Of a stretch of 64,000 nucleotides of DNA, positions 62,090 to 64,000 are shown one piece after another (within the stretch, counting starts at the first letter, position 1; each line of letters begins with the position of its first letter). Both the position numbers and the translations under genes were made by a program. The DNA comes from an uncultured delta proteobacterium (GTDB lineage: Bacteria; Desulfobacterota; Binatia; UBA9968), in contig CAVUZH010000020.1 of NCBI GenBank assembly GCA_963745835.1, forward strand, positions 32,001 through 96,000. The letters are read 5' to 3'. The notes beneath the pieces were generated by a model that made no database searches, was not told where the DNA came from, and saw only the letters and a list, made by a program, of their open reading frames with translations.

Positions 62090-62268
62090 CAGAAGCCCGC
62101 CGCGCGTGTGCCGTAGGCATTGACGCTCTCGCCTAAATGGCCGCGCGGTTTTTCTGGCTGGCCTACGATCTGCGCGACAACATCGCCGAGCTGGATCTAA
62201 ATCCCGTGATGGTTCTGTCACAAGGCCAAGGCGCATTCGCCGTCGATGCGTTGGTGGTAATGCGCTAA
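62090..62268 (+). pseudogene. C-terminal fragment of an acyl-CoA ligase paralogous to 7831-9951
   Basis: WLAYDLRDNIAELDLNPVMVLSQGQGAFAVDALVVMR* aligns with 9838-9951. Confidence 0.8.
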
Positions 62269-62339
62269 GCCGTCGGCGTAGTACAAAAGTGAACCCAGAT
62301 TGCACCCGGGTTCGCTTTGATAAAGCAAATCTCAAGCTA

Positions 62340-63365
62340 TCAATTCTTGGGAACCATAACTTCCTTCAATCTGGTAAGCAGCGTAGGAGGAATTTTTGCA
62401 AAGCTCGAAATGATGGCGGTAGCTTCGTCGGTGCTAACTGGATCAATTTCCACTCGCGACTTTTGCGCTTCAGCAAGAAAGTCCGGATCTTTCATGGTTT
62501 CAGAAAACGCTTTCCTCAATACTGCAACGTTCTGTTTCGGTGTTCCGGGTGGAGCGGTAAAAATGGTGCTCACGGCGGCGGGATCCTGAATTCCGACCTC
62601 CAAGAGCTGTCGGGCCTCGTTTGTCTTCGCAATATTTACCGCCAAAGGGACACTAGATAGATCCTTATGTGGCTTCGCAACTACCTGCAGAAGGACGTTC
62701 ATGTTGGGCAACAATTTCTGCCACGTGGCTTTTGCGACTTCCCAGGGGACCCCACACATACCGTCCGCCTCGCCCGACTCGATTGCGAGCCTCGCCTCCG
62801 GACCTCCTTTGTAACCATCGATTAGCTGAAGCGGCAAGCCGGTTGCTGCGGAAAGAACCCTTGGCACATCGCTCGCCGGCGAGCCCGGTGCTAACCCGGT
62901 TAACTTTACCGGCCGCTTAGAGTTCATCCACGCGTCGAGAGTGGTGACGCCGGTTGATTTGTTTACAACACATACTTGAGTATTCCCTACGGGTACGCCG
63001 ATGACCTCGAACTTTGTCGGATCAAACTGTGTTCCTCCTGATCCCAGATATTGCTGAAGAGCAAGCCCGCCTTGCCAGCTGCCGATAGTCAGACCGTCGG
63101 GCTTAGCCTGGTGGTATAAATAAGTCACCCCGACCAGCCCGCCGGCGCCTGGCTTGTTCTCCACCAACGTACCCGGATTGCCGCTGATGTGCTTGCCAAT
63201 ATGCCTGGCCACAATACGTGTATAGGTATCCCAACCTCCACCTGGTGAAGAGGCAACTACAAAGCGAAGCGTTTGTCCTTCATAGAATCGTTCCGCCGCG
63301 CGGGCATATGGCATCTGTTGAAAGAAGAGCAACAGACTCACCACCAAGAGCAAAACTTTTTTCAT
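62340..63365 (-). CDS. TTT (TctC/Bug-like) substrate-binding protein
   Basis: FYEGQT..SSPGGGWD, KPGAGG, KPDGLTI, GYKG. Confidence 0.88.
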   Translation of the reverse strand: MKKVLLLVVSLLLFFQQMPYARAAERFYEGQTLRFVVASSPGGGWDTYTRIVARHIGKHISGNPGTLVENKPGAGGLVGVTYLYHQAKPDGLTIGSWQGGLALQQYLGSGGTQFDPTKFEVIGVPVGNTQVCVVNKSTGVTTLDAWMNSKRPVKLTGLAPGSPASDVPRVLSAATGLPLQLIDGYKGGPEARLAIESGEADGMCGVPWEVAKATWQKLLPNMNVLLQVVAKPHKDLSSVPLAVNIAKTNEARQLLEVGIQDPAAVSTIFTAPPGTPKQNVAVLRKAFSETMKDPDFLAEAQKSRVEIDPVSTDEATAIISSFAKIPPTLLTRLKEVMVPKN

Positions 63366-63393
63366 GGTTGTCTCCTGTAACGCAGGTTGGCAA

Positions 63394-64000
63394 TTACTGC
63401 CTGCATAGCTCACTCCACCAATTTGCCACTTCGGAACAAGTTGCCGGCCACACGCCCGGTTGATTCAAAGCGCGCCTCAAGAAATTCTCGAGTTCCGCAA
63501 GCGGCGCAGGCCTCCCAACGAGGAACGGATGACAAGCTAAGGTTATCAACTTGGGCTGCGCGAGTGATTCTTCATAGAGTACATCGAATTCGTCAGTCCA
63601 AACTTCAAACAACTCTCGAGCCGATCCTCGTGGGCTGGGAAGGTAGTACATATGTTTGTCGTAGGTCCACATGGACGCCGGTATTTCGACGATTTTGCGG
63701 CCTGCGACGTCAAGAATGTACGGCACCTCGCTATTGAGAAGATCGCTGTCCCAAGCAAAGCCGCGTTCCGCCAGCAGGCGAAGGGTATTATCGCTTATTT
63801 TAAAATCCGGACAGCGCCAGCCTGTGGGCCGTTTTCCGGTAGCCTTTTCGATAGCAGCGATTGACCGGTCGATGACATCAGCTTCTTGCTCGGCAGAAAG
63901 TGCCCAGAGGTTCTCATAGCTATAGGTAAAACCAGCTATGTCGTGACCGCGATCGCCAATCTCCTTGATTGTCTGACCGTACTTTTCGGCCGTCACACCA
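63394..64000 (-). CDS. Polysaccharide deacetylase family (5' truncated by window)
   Basis: PTGWRCP, WDSD, EIP, LACHPFLVGRP. Confidence 0.82.
   Translation of the reverse strand, partial: GVTAEKYGQTIKEIGDRGHDIAGFTYSYENLWALSAEQEADVIDRSIAAIEKATGKRPTGWRCPDFKISDNTLRLLAERGFAWDSDLLNSEVPYILDVAGRKIVEIPASMWTYDKHMYYLPSPRGSARELFEVWTDEFDVLYEESLAQPKLITLACHPFLVGRPAPLAELENFLRRALNQPGVWPATCSEVANWWSELCRQ

Overview
Bacterial window of roughly 55-60% GC. Its gene content (many stand-alone TTT and NitT/TauT solute-binding proteins, family III CoA-transferases, amidohydrolase, MmgE/PrpD) resembles Candidatus Binatia/Deltaproteobacteria; this is an inference only. Intact genes include pobA, trpF, trxB, a liv-type ABC operon, Co-type nitrile hydratase, a TPP enzyme, GST and two toxin-antitoxin pairs. 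They are interleaved with intergenic zones of decayed gene fragments. Main signal 1: HUH/Y1 (RAYT-like) transposase genes are bracketed by terminal inverted repeats (33192-34241, 45493-46540). About 20 orphan copies of such ends (AAGA[C/T][C/T]TGACCC-like) sit at the junctions of captured gene fragments. These include a 5-copy amidohydrolase-tail module with a fixed 3' end and ragged 5' ends, and a 286/288-bp duplication anchored on the motif. Together they suggest an end-anchored, Helitron/ISCR-like gene-fragment capture system. Main signal 2: two in-frame UGA codons at redox-Cys positions are followed by SECIS-like hairpins, a UxxC UGSC-like selenoprotein next to trxB and a decayed CxU rhodanese. 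Several small palindromic repeat families and a zinc-ribbon + HEPN-like candidate defence pair are also present. I saw no rRNA, tRNA or CRISPR array. All calls are by eye; no searches were run.
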